64,000 nt of DNA from Spirochaetia bacterium (GTDB lineage: Bacteria > Spirochaetota > Spirochaetia > SZUA-6 > Bin103): assembly GCA_965198005.1 (NCBI GenBank), contig CBDAOI010000004.1:448001-512000 (forward strand). The letters are read 5' to 3'. The notes under the pieces are model-generated. The model saw only the letters and a program-made list of their open reading frames with translations. It was not told the DNA's origin and made no database searches. Positions 9,191 through 19,042 of the stretch are shown one piece after another. The translations under genes and the position numbers were made by a program. Within the stretch, counting starts at the first letter, position 1, and every line of letters starts with the position of its first letter.

Positions 9191-10789
9191 ATGGTGACCG
9201 TGCGCACGTTCAACACGGAGGGGCCCGTAGTGGCTGCGGACCATTACCACATCCCGCCGCTGGAGCGGATTGATCTCGACGCGGTGCTCGGCATGATCCG
9301 GGACAAGAAGTACTTCGTGCTGCACGCGCCGCGGCAGACCGGCAAGACCTCGGCGCTGTTGGCGCTACGGGATCTGTTGAACGGCGGCGCGCACGGCGAG
9401 TTCCGTTGCGTGTACGCGAACGTCGAGGCGGGCCAGGCGATGCGCGAGAACGTGGTGGAAGGCATGCGCACGGTACTGTCGCAGTTTGCGCTCAGGGCAA
9501 GCCTGACGCTGGGCGACGATACCCTGGAGCGCGTCTGCAGCGACGCCATGAACAGCGCCGGACCGGGTGGCGCGCTGAGCCTGACGCTGAGTCGCTGGGC
9601 CGCTGCCGACCGCACGCCGCTGGTGCTGCTGATCGACGAGATCGACGCGCTGGTGGGCGACACCCTGCTGTCGGTGCTGCGGCAACTGCGCAGCGGCTAC
9701 GACCAGCGTCCGGCCGCCTTTCCGCACGGCATCATCCTGTGCGGGGTGCGTGACGTGCGCGACTACCGCATTCACTCGACCGCCGAGAACCGGCTGGTGC
9801 TCGGCGGCAGCGCGTTCAACATCAAGGCCAAGTCGCTGCGCTTGGGCGACTTCTCGGAGCAGGAGGTGCGGGCGTTGCTGGGGCAGCACACGGCGGCGAC
9901 CGGGCAGGCGTTCACGGCGGAGGCGGTGCGGCTGATCCTGACGCGGACCGCCGGGCAGCCGTGGCTGGTGAACGCGCTGTGCCGGGAGGCATGCTTCGAG
10001 GACGAGGTAGGGCGTGACCGCGCGCGCCCGATCACGGCCCACGCCATTCTGGAGGCGCAGGAGCGGCTGATCCTGCGCCGCGACACGCACATCGACGATC
10101 TGGCGCACAAGCTGCGCGAGGAGCGCGTGCGGCGTGTGGTGGAGCCGATTCTGACCGGTGCCGACGAGCAGGCGTGGTCGACCGAGGACGTCGCCTACGT
10201 CTGCGACCTGGGGCTGGTGGCGCAGGACGCCGCCGGCCCGCCGCGCATCGCCAACCTGATCTACGCCGAGGTGGTGCCGCGGCATCTGAACTACGCGGTG
10301 CAGGCGGGGCTGCCGCAACAGGTGGCAAGATACATGGGTGCGGACGGCGGGCTGGACGTTGAGGGGCTGATCGCGGCGTTCCAGGAGTTCTTTCGTGAGC
10401 ACTCCGAGCACTGGGTACAGCGCTTCGAGCAGTACCACGAGGCCGGGCCGCAGTTGCTGCTGCAGGCGCACCTGCAGCGGGTGGTGAACGGCGGCGGGCG
10501 GCTCGAGCGGGAGTACGCGCTGGGGCGGGGGCGCACCGACCTGCTGATCGTGTGGTCGCAGGGCGGGCGCGAGCGCCGTTTCGTGGTGGGGTGCAAGGTG
10601 CTGCGCAAGGGGTTGGAGCGGACCATCGCCGAGGGGATGGAGCAGACCCGTGGCTACATGGACCGCTGCGGGGCGGAGGCGGGCCACCTGATCGTGTTCG
10701 ACCGCGCGCCGGACCGAACCTGGGCGGAAAAGATCTTCCGCCGCGCGCCGGCGGGAGCTGGCGTGCCGGTCACGGTCTGGGGGATGTAG
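9191..10789 (+). CDS. AAA-like ATPase with C-terminal PD-(D/E)XK-like domain (second family)
   Basis: FNTEGP, Walker A HAPRQTGKTS, Walker B LIDEID, REYALGRGRTDL. Confidence 0.9.
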   Translation: MVTVRTFNTEGPVVAADHYHIPPLERIDLDAVLGMIRDKKYFVLHAPRQTGKTSALLALRDLLNGGAHGEFRCVYANVEAGQAMRENVVEGMRTVLSQFALRASLTLGDDTLERVCSDAMNSAGPGGALSLTLSRWAAADRTPLVLLIDEIDALVGDTLLSVLRQLRSGYDQRPAAFPHGIILCGVRDVRDYRIHSTAENRLVLGGSAFNIKAKSLRLGDFSEQEVRALLGQHTAATGQAFTAEAVRLILTRTAGQPWLVNALCREACFEDEVGRDRARPITAHAILEAQERLILRRDTHIDDLAHKLREERVRRVVEPILTGADEQAWSTEDVAYVCDLGLVAQDAAGPPRIANLIYAEVVPRHLNYAVQAGLPQQVARYMGADGGLDVEGLIAAFQEFFREHSEHWVQRFEQYHEAGPQLLLQAHLQRVVNGGGRLEREYALGRGRTDLLIVWSQGGRERRFVVGCKVLRKGLERTIAEGMEQTRGYMDRCGAEAGHLIVFDRAPDRTWAEKIFRRAPAGAGVPVTVWGM

Positions 10790-10882
10790 CGCCAAGCTCT
10801 GGAGGAGCACCGGGCCGCGTCGACTTCCCCTGCGCCGCCGCTAGTTGCCGGAGCGACTCTGGCGTGTGAGAATGCGCCCATT

Positions 10883-11728
10883 ATGCCAGGAAGACTTGCA
10901 GACAAGGTCGCCATCGTTACTGGCGGCAACAGTGGAATGGGCGCAGGCACGGTAGAGCTGTTCGTGGCCGAGGGAGCTCGAGTCGTCATCGCCGCGCGTG
11001 GTGAGGAACTGGGCCAGGCCCTGGCCGACCGGCTCGGCGACAGCGCGCTGTTCGTCCGCGCCGACGTTTCGGTCGAGGCCGACGTAGAGGCGATGGTCGA
11101 TGCCACCATGGCCAAGTGGGGGCGCGTGGACGTGCTGTTCAACAACGCCGGCATCGGCCAGGGCTTCGTCCCCCCCGAGGATTTCGCGCTGGACGGCTTC
11201 AATCGAGTGATGATCACCAATCTCGGCTCCTGTTTCTTCGGCCTCAAATACGTCACGCCGATCATGAAGGCGCAGGGCGGAGGCAGCATCATCAACAACG
11301 GCAGCACCGCCGGGGTCACCACCGATGGCGCCGGCCCGGTCTACTCGGCCAGCAAGGCCGCGGTCATCCATATGACCAAGGTGTGGGCCACGCAGCTGGC
11401 GGAGTTCGGCATTCGCGTCAACTGTATCTCCCCGGGTGCCATCGTCACCCCCATCTTCTGGGGCGGTCACCAAACGCAGTCGGCCGAAGAGAACGCGCGC
11501 CGCGAACAGCGGCTCACCGAGTACTTCGCAGACTGGCTGCCGCTGAATCATGCCGGCACGCCCGAAGACATTGCCTACGCCGCGCTCTACCTGGCCAGCG
11601 ACGAGAGCCGGCACACCACCGGGCACAATATGATGGTCGATGCCGGCATCACCGTGCGCATGGCCGCGCAGGCGGACCTGGTCGAGGGTTTCAAGGCCAT
11701 CGGCCGCTCGGTCAGCTCGGCCAGCTGA
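10883..11728 (+). CDS. Short-chain dehydrogenase/reductase
   Basis: TGGNSGMG, NNAG, YSASK, IRVNCISPG. Confidence 0.93.
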   Translation: MPGRLADKVAIVTGGNSGMGAGTVELFVAEGARVVIAARGEELGQALADRLGDSALFVRADVSVEADVEAMVDATMAKWGRVDVLFNNAGIGQGFVPPEDFALDGFNRVMITNLGSCFFGLKYVTPIMKAQGGGSIINNGSTAGVTTDGAGPVYSASKAAVIHMTKVWATQLAEFGIRVNCISPGAIVTPIFWGGHQTQSAEENARREQRLTEYFADWLPLNHAGTPEDIAYAALYLASDESRHTTGHNMMVDAGITVRMAAQADLVEGFKAIGRSVSSAS

Positions 11729-11765
11729 CGAATCTCGAGGTGGCCTGGCCCGCCGACCACGCTGC

Positions 11766-11801
11766 TTGATGCTTGACATCGAACATCAAACCGGGGACAA
11801 T
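11766..11801 (+). promoter_or_regulatory. Sigma70-type promoter overlapped by an inverted-repeat operator of the TA locus
   Basis: TTGACA 11773-11778, 17 bp, GACAAT 11796-11801; TTGATG-N12-CATCAA spans the -35. Confidence 0.6.
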
Positions 11802-11810
11802 CACGTTGCG

Positions 11811-12226
11811 ATGAGAACCACGTTGAACATCTCTGTCGAGGCAATGGCGAGGGTGCGGCCGCTTGCCGAGCAACGCGGTGCAACGCTCGGCGCTGTGGTC
11901 TCTGAATTGGTGCTCAAGGCGCTCCAGCCGGACGAAGCGCCACCGGTGCGAAACGGCGTTCCGCTGTTTCCCGCCCATCAGCATGAGACCGCCGATCTGG
12001 ATCTGGTAAACCAATTGCGCGATGAGGAGCACAGTTGTTCTGGCCGGATGACGTCGCGCTGCGCACAGCCCTGGATCGGACCATCAAGGATCGCTTGCAA
12101 GGTTACCGACAGGTCACGGACTTTCACCTTGCAGCGCTGTCTGCCGCGCGCGACGGACGGCTGGCCACATTCGACGGCCGGCTGGCGCGATCCCTTGCCG
12201 GCACGCCGCCTGGCCTCGAATCATGA
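11811..12226 (+). pseudogene. VapB-like RHH antitoxin fused by deletion to the C-terminal half of a VapC/PIN toxin
   Basis: MRTTLNI...RNGVPLF...VNQLRDEE (no stop), followed immediately by FWPDD...RQVTDFHLAAL...LATFD. Confidence 0.8.
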
Positions 12227-12277
12227 TGTCCGTTACCATAGCAGTTGCTGTACCAGGGTGGAAATGTGCCAGGCAGC

Positions 12278-13072
12278 GTGGAGGTTGAGATTAAGCTAGC
12301 AGGGAAGATCACCATCGTTACTGGCGCGGGTCGTGGCATCGGTCGCGCGACCGCCCTCGCGTTGGCCGGGGAGGGGGCCGATGTGGTGCTGGTGGCACGC
12401 AGCGGCGCAGAGCTCGAGGCGGTGGGAGAGCAGATTCGCAGTGTTGGCCGGGAAGCGCTTGCGGTACCGACCGACGTGACCAACAAGACCGACGTCGATG
12501 CCATGGTGCAGCAGGCCCTGGAGCGGTTTGGCCGGGTGGATATCCTGGTGAACAACGCCGGCTTCGCCGACCACAAAGCGATCCCCGATGTCAGCGAGGC
12601 GGACTGGGACGTCCAGATCAACGTCAACCTCAAGGCGGTGTTCCTGTGTACGCAAGCGGTGTTCACTCACCTGTGCGAGCAGGGCAGCGGCCACATCGTC
12701 AACGTCTCCTCACTGGCGGGAAAGTACTACCCCTACAAGATGGTGGCGTATGCCTCGGCCAAGTGGGGAGTGGCCGGGCTCACCGGGGTTACGCAAGAGG
12801 AGGGGCGTCCGCACGGGGTCCGAGCGGTGCTCATTCGCCCAGGAAACGTCGACACCCAGATGCAGCATGACAATCACGATGTCTATCCTGACAAGCTGAT
12901 GCAACCCGAAGATATCGCCGAAGCGATTCTGCACGCCGTCACCCAACACCCGCGTGCCTATACGCCGGTCGTCGACGTCTATCCCTTCGAGGACGTGCAC
13001 AAGCCGGACTCCTGGGAGGCAAAGTGGTACGGCGGCAGCAAGGCACAGAAGCGCGAGGTCTATCGAAGCTAG
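12278..13072 (+). CDS. Short-chain dehydrogenase/reductase (start uncertain; GGAGG precedes an ATT at 12290)
   Basis: TGAGRGIG, NNAG, YASAK. Confidence 0.9.
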   Translation: MEVEIKLAGKITIVTGAGRGIGRATALALAGEGADVVLVARSGAELEAVGEQIRSVGREALAVPTDVTNKTDVDAMVQQALERFGRVDILVNNAGFADHKAIPDVSEADWDVQINVNLKAVFLCTQAVFTHLCEQGSGHIVNVSSLAGKYYPYKMVAYASAKWGVAGLTGVTQEEGRPHGVRAVLIRPGNVDTQMQHDNHDVYPDKLMQPEDIAEAILHAVTQHPRAYTPVVDVYPFEDVHKPDSWEAKWYGGSKAQKREVYRS

Positions 13073-13121
13073 CTCCCGCGGGCGACGACGTCTGGTCCAA
13101 CTAAAGAGCGTGCGCGCGGTG

Positions 13122-13589
13122 TCAAGGCGCCGCCGCCTGCATGAGCTCGATGATGAGGTTGCTGAACTTGCTGCGGGTGTCGAAGTAGACGGCGCTGCGA
13201 GAGGTCTTGCCGGCAGGGATGATGCTCAGGATGACCGGGAAACCCCGCTCCACCAGCTTGGCCGCCTCTGCTTCCAGATCGTCTACCGTGTAGGCAATGT
13301 GGCCAACCCCCTCGCCGCTGCTCTCCAACAGCTCCTTGTGGACCGTGTGCCCTTGCACCGGTTGCAGCAACTCGATCCCCAGCGGGCCTACCTTGCCCAT
13401 TACGCCGCGAGTCTTGACCACCGGATCCGGTGTCTTCCCGTAGACCAGGTACTCGGCCATCTTGCTGCTGTCGATGGCGAATTCCGTTTGCAACGACGCG
13501 ACACCCAGGGCCTCGTACGCTTGGCGCGATTTGTCGAGATCGCGGACCGGTATGCCCAGGTGATGCAGTTTCCAGTTACTTTCCACCAC
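13122..13589 (-). CDS. VOC/glyoxalase family protein (methylmalonyl-CoA epimerase-like)
   Basis: LHHLGIPVRDL, IELLQPVQG, GEGVGHIAY, IIELMQ. Confidence 0.9.
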   Translation of the reverse strand: MVESNWKLHHLGIPVRDLDKSRQAYEALGVASLQTEFAIDSSKMAEYLVYGKTPDPVVKTRGVMGKVGPLGIELLQPVQGHTVHKELLESSGEGVGHIAYTVDDLEAEAAKLVERGFPVILSIIPAGKTSRSAVYFDTRSKFSNLIIELMQAAAP

Positions 13590-13639
13590 TCTGGCAGTCT
13601 ACACGGACCGTCTGTATATGGGAACATCACATCAGGGCA

Positions 13640-13737
13640 AGCTGGCGGGCTCGCCGAGCGTCTGCGGGCCCCGGTCATTACCAGCATCTCCGGCAAGGGC
13701 ATCATCTCCGAGCGGCACCCGCTCTCGTTCGGCGTCA
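13640..13737 (+). pseudogene. ThDP-dependent enzyme (acetolactate synthase-like), central-domain fragment
   Basis: LAERLRAPVITSISGKGIISERHPLSFGV. Confidence 0.75.
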
Positions 13738-13738
13738 C

Positions 13739-13766
13739 GCCTCGGCCAAGTGGGGAGTGGCCGGGC
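13739..13766 (+). repeat. 28-bp exact copy of SDR coding sequence 12752-12779
   Basis: gcctcggccaagtggggagtggccgggc. Confidence 0.9.
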
Positions 13767-14239
13767 ACCCGGCTCGCACTACCGCATCGTACGGGCCGGC
13801 ACGACCACCTATCGAAACGCCTGGGTGACAGCAGGCGCTTGCTGCACGGCTCCACCCTGGGCGCCGGTGTGGGGTCAGCCGGCGCGCCCTGCCAGCTGAC
13901 CCCACGACGCTGCCTGTGCCAGGTCGCTTACCGACACCTCCGACGACACCTCACCGGGCAATCGACCGAAAATGTTCGGGGGATGACAGGGACGCGGGCA
14001 GTGTTCGGTATTCCATGACAGAGTAAGCAGATAGCTCTGCGGCACCATCGATCCGCGTGGCGCACAGCCGCCACGCGTCCGCGCGTCCAACGGCCGGCCC
14101 GGTCGGCCGCAAACTCCAGCAGTCCACGCCCGCATGCGTAGCGACGCGGCCCATCCGTGGCCGACGAGGGAGGTGCAAAATGATACTCAAAGAGCCGTAG
14201 GCGCGCGCGGCGTGAGCCGGGGTGCACCCGCTGAGTCAC

Positions 14240-14877
14240 ACGCCGTGGCTGCACACATCAACGGGCCAGACTTTGCCCCGTTCCGAGAGGCGGTATGGGT
14301 CAAGATGGCGGGGCTCGGGCCATCGACCTCCTGGCACCAGGATGGTACGACCCACTGGGACAGCCCCGAGTTCGACGACGGCACGCACGGGTTCAACTTC
14401 ATGACCCAGCTCTACGCCACCAATCCGAGCAACGCCTTGTGGCTGGTGCCGGGGTCTCATGGCGTCGGCAAGATCGATATTCCGGCGCTGCAGGAGGCGA
14501 ATGGCGGATCGGATCGCCTACCCGACGCGGTCCCCATGGCGTGTCAGCCCGGCGATGTGGCGATCGTCAATCGCCAGATCCTGCACGGCAGCTTCGCCAA
14601 TCGGTCCGAGCACCGGCGCGTCTCGCTCACGTTCGGCTTCCATCGTCGTTCGTCAGTAATCGATGTAGTCGGCGAGGAGCCGGAGCCCTACGCTGCCCAG
14701 CGCGTTCGCGAGCGCTCGCGCGTCATCGCGATGGGCATCGACGCCCGCCGGCAGCGGTTTCCCGACGAGGCGCCCTACCGCTACCAACCTCTGGCGGAGG
14801 AGCAAGACGCCATTCACTGGAACGACACTGCCCGCGTGATGCTGCGAGGCTACAACGGCAAAGATCTGGGTATCTGA
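14240..14877 (+). pseudogene. PhyH-family Fe(II)/2OG dioxygenase, 5'-truncated
   Basis: WHQD, LWLVPGSH, ILHGSFAN; no credible N-terminus. Confidence 0.75.
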
Positions 14878-15153
14878 TTCCAGCCGAAGACGAGTGACCG
14901 CAGAGCGCCGGGAGGATAGGGACGCGCGCTATCCCTACGGCATATGGATAGTCGAGCTAACCGCTGTCCCCAGCTATCCGGACGGCATGCGGATATGGAG
15001 AGCGTTTGGCCGCAGCTCACCAAAACCGTGGCTCCGGGGCGTCCCGCATGTCGGGCGCGTATCCGAGTAATTCTAGGAACACCCAAAATATCTTGCTGTT
15101 TTTTTTCGTGACCGGCTAGAATCATTGTTCATCCATCATCTAAGGAGCTTGCG

Positions 15154-15769
15154 TTGCAGCGCTACCTAGAGGGCCCCATCCGTTCAGATCTGGCCGCAAA
15201 GATGGTCTTCGTCGCCGGGCCGCGGCAGGTCGGCGCTGGTCGCGCGAGTATCGCAGAGGACCTGGCGGTCAGCCACGACGCGGTACGCCGCTGGCTGCTG
15301 GCGCTCGAGCGGCTGTACGCGATGTTTCGCGTGAGTCCGTTTGGCGCGCCGCGTGAGTCCGTTTGGCGCGCCGCAGATACGCGCCATCAAGAAGGCACAG
15401 AAGCACTACCTGTTCGATTGGCTGCAGATCCCCGACCTGCCGGCCCGGTTCGAGAACCTGGTGGCGATGGCGCTTCTGAAGTGGGTGCACCATCAGCAAG
15501 ACACCGCCGGCCAGGATCTCGAGCTACGCTATTTCCGGGATGTGGATGGCCGGGAGGTGGACTTCGTGGTAGTCGAGCGCATGAAGCCACTGGTGATGGT
15601 CGAGGCCAAATGGGCGGATGCGCCCGTCGACCGCAGTCTTCGCTATCTGAAGGAGCGCTTTGCCGATGTGGATGCGTGGCAGCTCAGCGCCACCGGCACC
15701 AAGGACGTCCAGACTCGCGAAGGAATCCGGCTGGCTCCGGCGGCGACGTTTCTGCAGACCCTCGTGTAG
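15154..15769 (+). pseudogene. AAA_14/DUF4143-type ATPase with a large internal deletion and a frameshifting 22-bp tandem duplication
   Basis: GPRQVG (Walker A cut) joined to SIAEDLAVS; gcgtgagtccgtttggcgcgcc twice at 15329-15372; FENLVA...REVDFV...VEAK. Confidence 0.85.
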
Positions 15770-15804
15770 GTTGCAGGAGTCGATGAACCTCCCCGCGCGG
15801 GCGC

Positions 15805-15990
15805 TCTGCGCATCGACTTCGGGCTCCACGCAACATCGCCCGCGGACGGCCCATTCGTCGAATTGCTCGAGCAGGCGACCGAGACCGTGCTCGACCGCCA
15901 CGTCCTCATGGTGCCCACGATCATGGTCGGCTGCACCGATTCGCGCTGCGTGCGACCGCTCGGTACGGCCGTGTATGGGTTTCAGCCGTT
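15805..15990 (+). pseudogene. M20-family metallopeptidase, C-terminal fragment
   Basis: VPTIMVGCTDSRCVRPLGTAVYG. Confidence 0.55.
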
Positions 15991-16099
15991 GGTCCGGCCG
16001 CCGGGGCCCGCCCAACGTATCGGTTGTTGACCGTTCGCATACGCGGGATAATCATTGAGACGGAGCTTGCAGCCGGGGAGGCGAGATCGTGGGTCGACG

Positions 16100-16186
16100 A
16101 TTACAGTCTGAACATGTTCGGCGACGCGGTGCGCGACCTGCTCGATCCGCGGTTGCGGGGTGGCGGCAGCCGCCTCGGTGCCTAAC
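16100..16186 (+). pseudogene. 3' tip of an OppC-like permease
   Basis: YSLNMFGDAVRDLLDPRLRG; similar to 18830-18886. Confidence 0.75.
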
Positions 16187-16200
16187 TGAGGGGGTTCGGC

Positions 16201-16518
16201 GTGAGCATCCGGAACACTGGCAATAGGCAAGCGCGGCCCACCCATCCGGGCGAGATGCTGCGAGAGGACTTTCTACCCGACTACCGGCTGACGATCTCGG
16301 GTCTTGCTGGCGCGGTGGGTGTCTCGCGCCAGACCATCAACGATCTTGTCCGTGAGCGTCGCGCGGTGAGCCCGGACATGGCGCTGCGTCTTGCACGGCT
16401 GTTCGGTAACTCTCCCGAGTTCTGGCTCAACGCACAGCGTGCGGTGGACTTGTGGGATGCAGCCCAGGCCATCAGAGGCGCCGTAGAGCTTATTAGGCCG
16501 TTGGTCGTTGCGAATTAA
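16201..16518 (+). CDS. higA: HigA/VapI-family antitoxin (orphan)
   Basis: PTHPGEMLREDFL...SPDMALRLARLFGNSPEFWLNAQ; no toxin upstream. Confidence 0.88.
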   Translation: MSIRNTGNRQARPTHPGEMLREDFLPDYRLTISGLAGAVGVSRQTINDLVRERRAVSPDMALRLARLFGNSPEFWLNAQRAVDLWDAAQAIRGAVELIRPLVVAN

Positions 16519-16666
16519 GAGGAATCCAGGGAATCAGGGCTGCCACCCGTCGGGCTCAGGCGCGGACCGAGACGACGTCGTAGCACATGATCCGCTCGTC
16601 GCGTGTCAAAATCGTCAGCCCGGAGGCGCTGGCACAAACGTGGACGCTCGGGTATGTTCGTCGGCG

Positions 16667-17725
16667 ATGGCACCAATACAGAAGGGCGGCACGGTCGCAG
16701 TTACCGGCGCCGCCGGCTTCATCGGCGGCTGGGTGGTCCGGCGGCTGCTGGACAAGGGCTACCGCGTGCGCGCCTGCGTGCGCGACGCCGATGATGCAAC
16801 CCGCACCACGTTTCTGCGCCAGATGCCCGCCTACGCGTCGGGCCGACTCTCCATCCACAGCGCCGACCTAGACCAGGCCGGCTGTTTCGACCGCGCCTTT
16901 GCCGGCTGCCGCGGCGTGTGTCACGTGTCGCACGTCAGCAAGTACAACGATATGGACTACGTGCAGATGGTGTGCGATCACACCATCGCCAGCATCGACA
17001 GGTCCGAGAGCGTCGGCCGGGTGATCGTCACCTCCAGCCTGGCGGCCGTGTCGGCCGAGGTGGACCGGCAGGAGTTGGCGCCGCGTCCGGTGCTCTACGA
17101 GGACCGCTACCCGAACGAGCACCACCCGGACTGGTCGGCCAAGCGCGCCGGCTACGCGATGGGGAAGCTCATCGCCGAGCGCTCGTTCGCCCAGGCCGCC
17201 GAGCGCAGCGGGAGCTGGGAGTCGATCGCGTGCCTGCCCGCCGACAACGTCGGCCCGATCCAGTCCGCGCACCAGAAGGACATGGGGCCGTGGCAGCACC
17301 GCATCGAGATGATGCTGCTGGGTGAGTATCCGCAGACCGAGGATTACAGGCCGTGGATGCCGGTCGACGTGCGCGACGACGCCGACTGCCACATCGGCCT
17401 GCTCGAGAGCGTGCAGGTGCGCAGCGGCGAGCGCTACCTTGCCTGGGCGGCCGAGATGCACAGGGTGGAAGCAATCGACCGTCGCATTGGCCAGCTGCTG
17501 CCTGAGCTCGGGCGCGCCGAAGCTTCGGTCGCCGACAGTCAGTCTGCGGAAACGAAGGCGCAGGAGGCGGAGCTGCGAGCGATCTGGGCTGGCTGCGACC
17601 TGCGCAACGACCGCGTTCGCGCCGTCACCGGCGTCGAGTTTCGGCCGTTCGATGAGTCGCTGCGCGACTGCGTGGAGTCGTTGCTGGCGGTTGCCAACGT
17701 GCCGGCAAAGAACAGGGTTGGCTGA
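16667..17725 (+). CDS. NAD-dependent epimerase/dehydratase (flavonoid-reductase-like extended SDR)
   Basis: VAVTGAAGFIG, TSS, YAMGK, VDVRD. Confidence 0.9.
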   Translation: MAPIQKGGTVAVTGAAGFIGGWVVRRLLDKGYRVRACVRDADDATRTTFLRQMPAYASGRLSIHSADLDQAGCFDRAFAGCRGVCHVSHVSKYNDMDYVQMVCDHTIASIDRSESVGRVIVTSSLAAVSAEVDRQELAPRPVLYEDRYPNEHHPDWSAKRAGYAMGKLIAERSFAQAAERSGSWESIACLPADNVGPIQSAHQKDMGPWQHRIEMMLLGEYPQTEDYRPWMPVDVRDDADCHIGLLESVQVRSGERYLAWAAEMHRVEAIDRRIGQLLPELGRAEASVADSQSAETKAQEAELRAIWAGCDLRNDRVRAVTGVEFRPFDESLRDCVESLLAVANVPAKNRVG

Positions 17726-17770
17726 AATCCCCCAAGGCGCACCACGGGGACTGGCTTGACCCCCGCGGCA

Positions 17771-18365
17771 CCTGGCCGAGCGCTGGGAGCAGCCCGACCC
17801 GACCACCATCGTGTTTCACATCCGCCAGGGCGTGAACTGGCACGACAAGGCGCCGATGAATGGTCGCGCGCTCACCGCAAAGGACGTGGAGTTCAACTTC
17901 CACCGCTACCTCGGGCTAGGCAGCGGCTTCACCGAGCCACCGGAAGGCGCGGCGGCCGTGGGGCCCATAGACGACATGGGATTCACCTCGGTAACGGCAC
18001 AGGGCAACACGGTCGTCTTCAAGCTTGCGGAGCAGAACCTGGACGCTGTCAAGACGATCCTTACGCAGAACGTCCTGTTTATCTATCCACCGGAGGTGAT
18101 TCGGGCGGGGACCGGTGTCGATATCGGCGATTGGCAGAACCTGGTGGGCACCGGACCCTACGAGCTTACCGACCTGGTGGAAGGCAGCTCCGTCACCTGG
18201 GAGAAGGCTCCCAACTACTGGGCGTTCGATGAGAAGTTCCCGCAGAACCGACTGCCCTATATCGATAGCATCAACGCGCTGGTGATGCCGGAGGCGCAGA
18301 CGCGTCTGGCGGCGTTGCGCTCGGGACAGGTCGACTTCCTCGGCTTCCATGGCAGTTCTCAGGTG
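17771..18365 (+). pseudogene. Peptide ABC substrate-binding protein (family 5), internal fragment ending at the intron
   Basis: WEQPDPTTIVFHIRQGVNWHDK, VGTGPY, LPYID, RLAALRSGQVD. Confidence 0.85.
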
Positions 18366-18600
18366 GTGCGCCAGGCTAACTGGCATATGACAGAGGGTGG
18401 GAGTCCCTTGAAGCGAAGGAATAACCGATCCACGCTTCTCCGCGAGCCGTGCGCTTGCACCCGCGAGGGTGCAGGCGAAGCGTCGGTAGCGGTGCGTGCG
18501 GGCGGACTATTGAGCGTCGAAAATGACATGGTCTGGAGTGCCGAGGTTTTCACTGCTGCCGAAGGCAACACCGGTTATGTCGCTATGGTGAGACCTGACC
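18366..18600 (+). mobile_element. Group II intron 5' fragment (part of domain I only)
   Basis: Starts GTGCG; GAGGGTGGGAGTCCCTT hairpin, GCGAAGCGTCGGTAGCGG, TTGAGCGTCGAAA, GAGTGCCGA...GAAGGCAACAC in the usual order; no RT ORF or domain V/VI. Confidence 0.75.
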
Positions 18601-18754
18601 GGCGCTGCGCGATCTGCTGAACGGCGGCGCGCAGGGCGACTTCCGCTGCGTGTACGCCAACGTCGAGGATGGCCAGGCGATGCGGGAGAACGTGGCGGCG
18701 GGCATGCCACCGTGCTTGCCGAACTGGCGCTCCAGGCCAGCATGACGCTGGGCG
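18601..18754 (+). repeat. Diverged fragment of the 9191-family ATPase (cf. 9361-9515)
   Basis: ALRDLLNGGAQGDFRCVYANVEDGQAMRENV. Confidence 0.85.
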
Positions 18755-18903
18755 AAGGGCGGCGGTACATGGAGCTGGCGCCGCGCTTGGCGCTGTGGCT
18801 CGGTCTGTTCCTGACGGTGACGGTGTACTGCCTCAACATGGTGGGCGACGCGGTGCGCGACCTGCTCGACCCGCGCCTGCGCGGGCAGATCGGGCGGTTC
18901 GGC
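18754..18903 (+). pseudogene. 3' end of an OppC-like permease
   Basis: EGRRYMELAPRLALWLGLFLTVTVYCLNMVGDAVRDLLDPRLRG. Confidence 0.85.
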
Positions 18904-19042
18904 GGCGCCAGGCACGGTATCGGCCGCCGCGGCCGGGCTGAGTCCGCACTGGGCAGCACGCACCGTCCGGAGGATCGACGGATGCGGACGGTGCATGACG
19001 ACACACGCGACCTGATAATCTGGCGGCGTTGCACTTGACATC

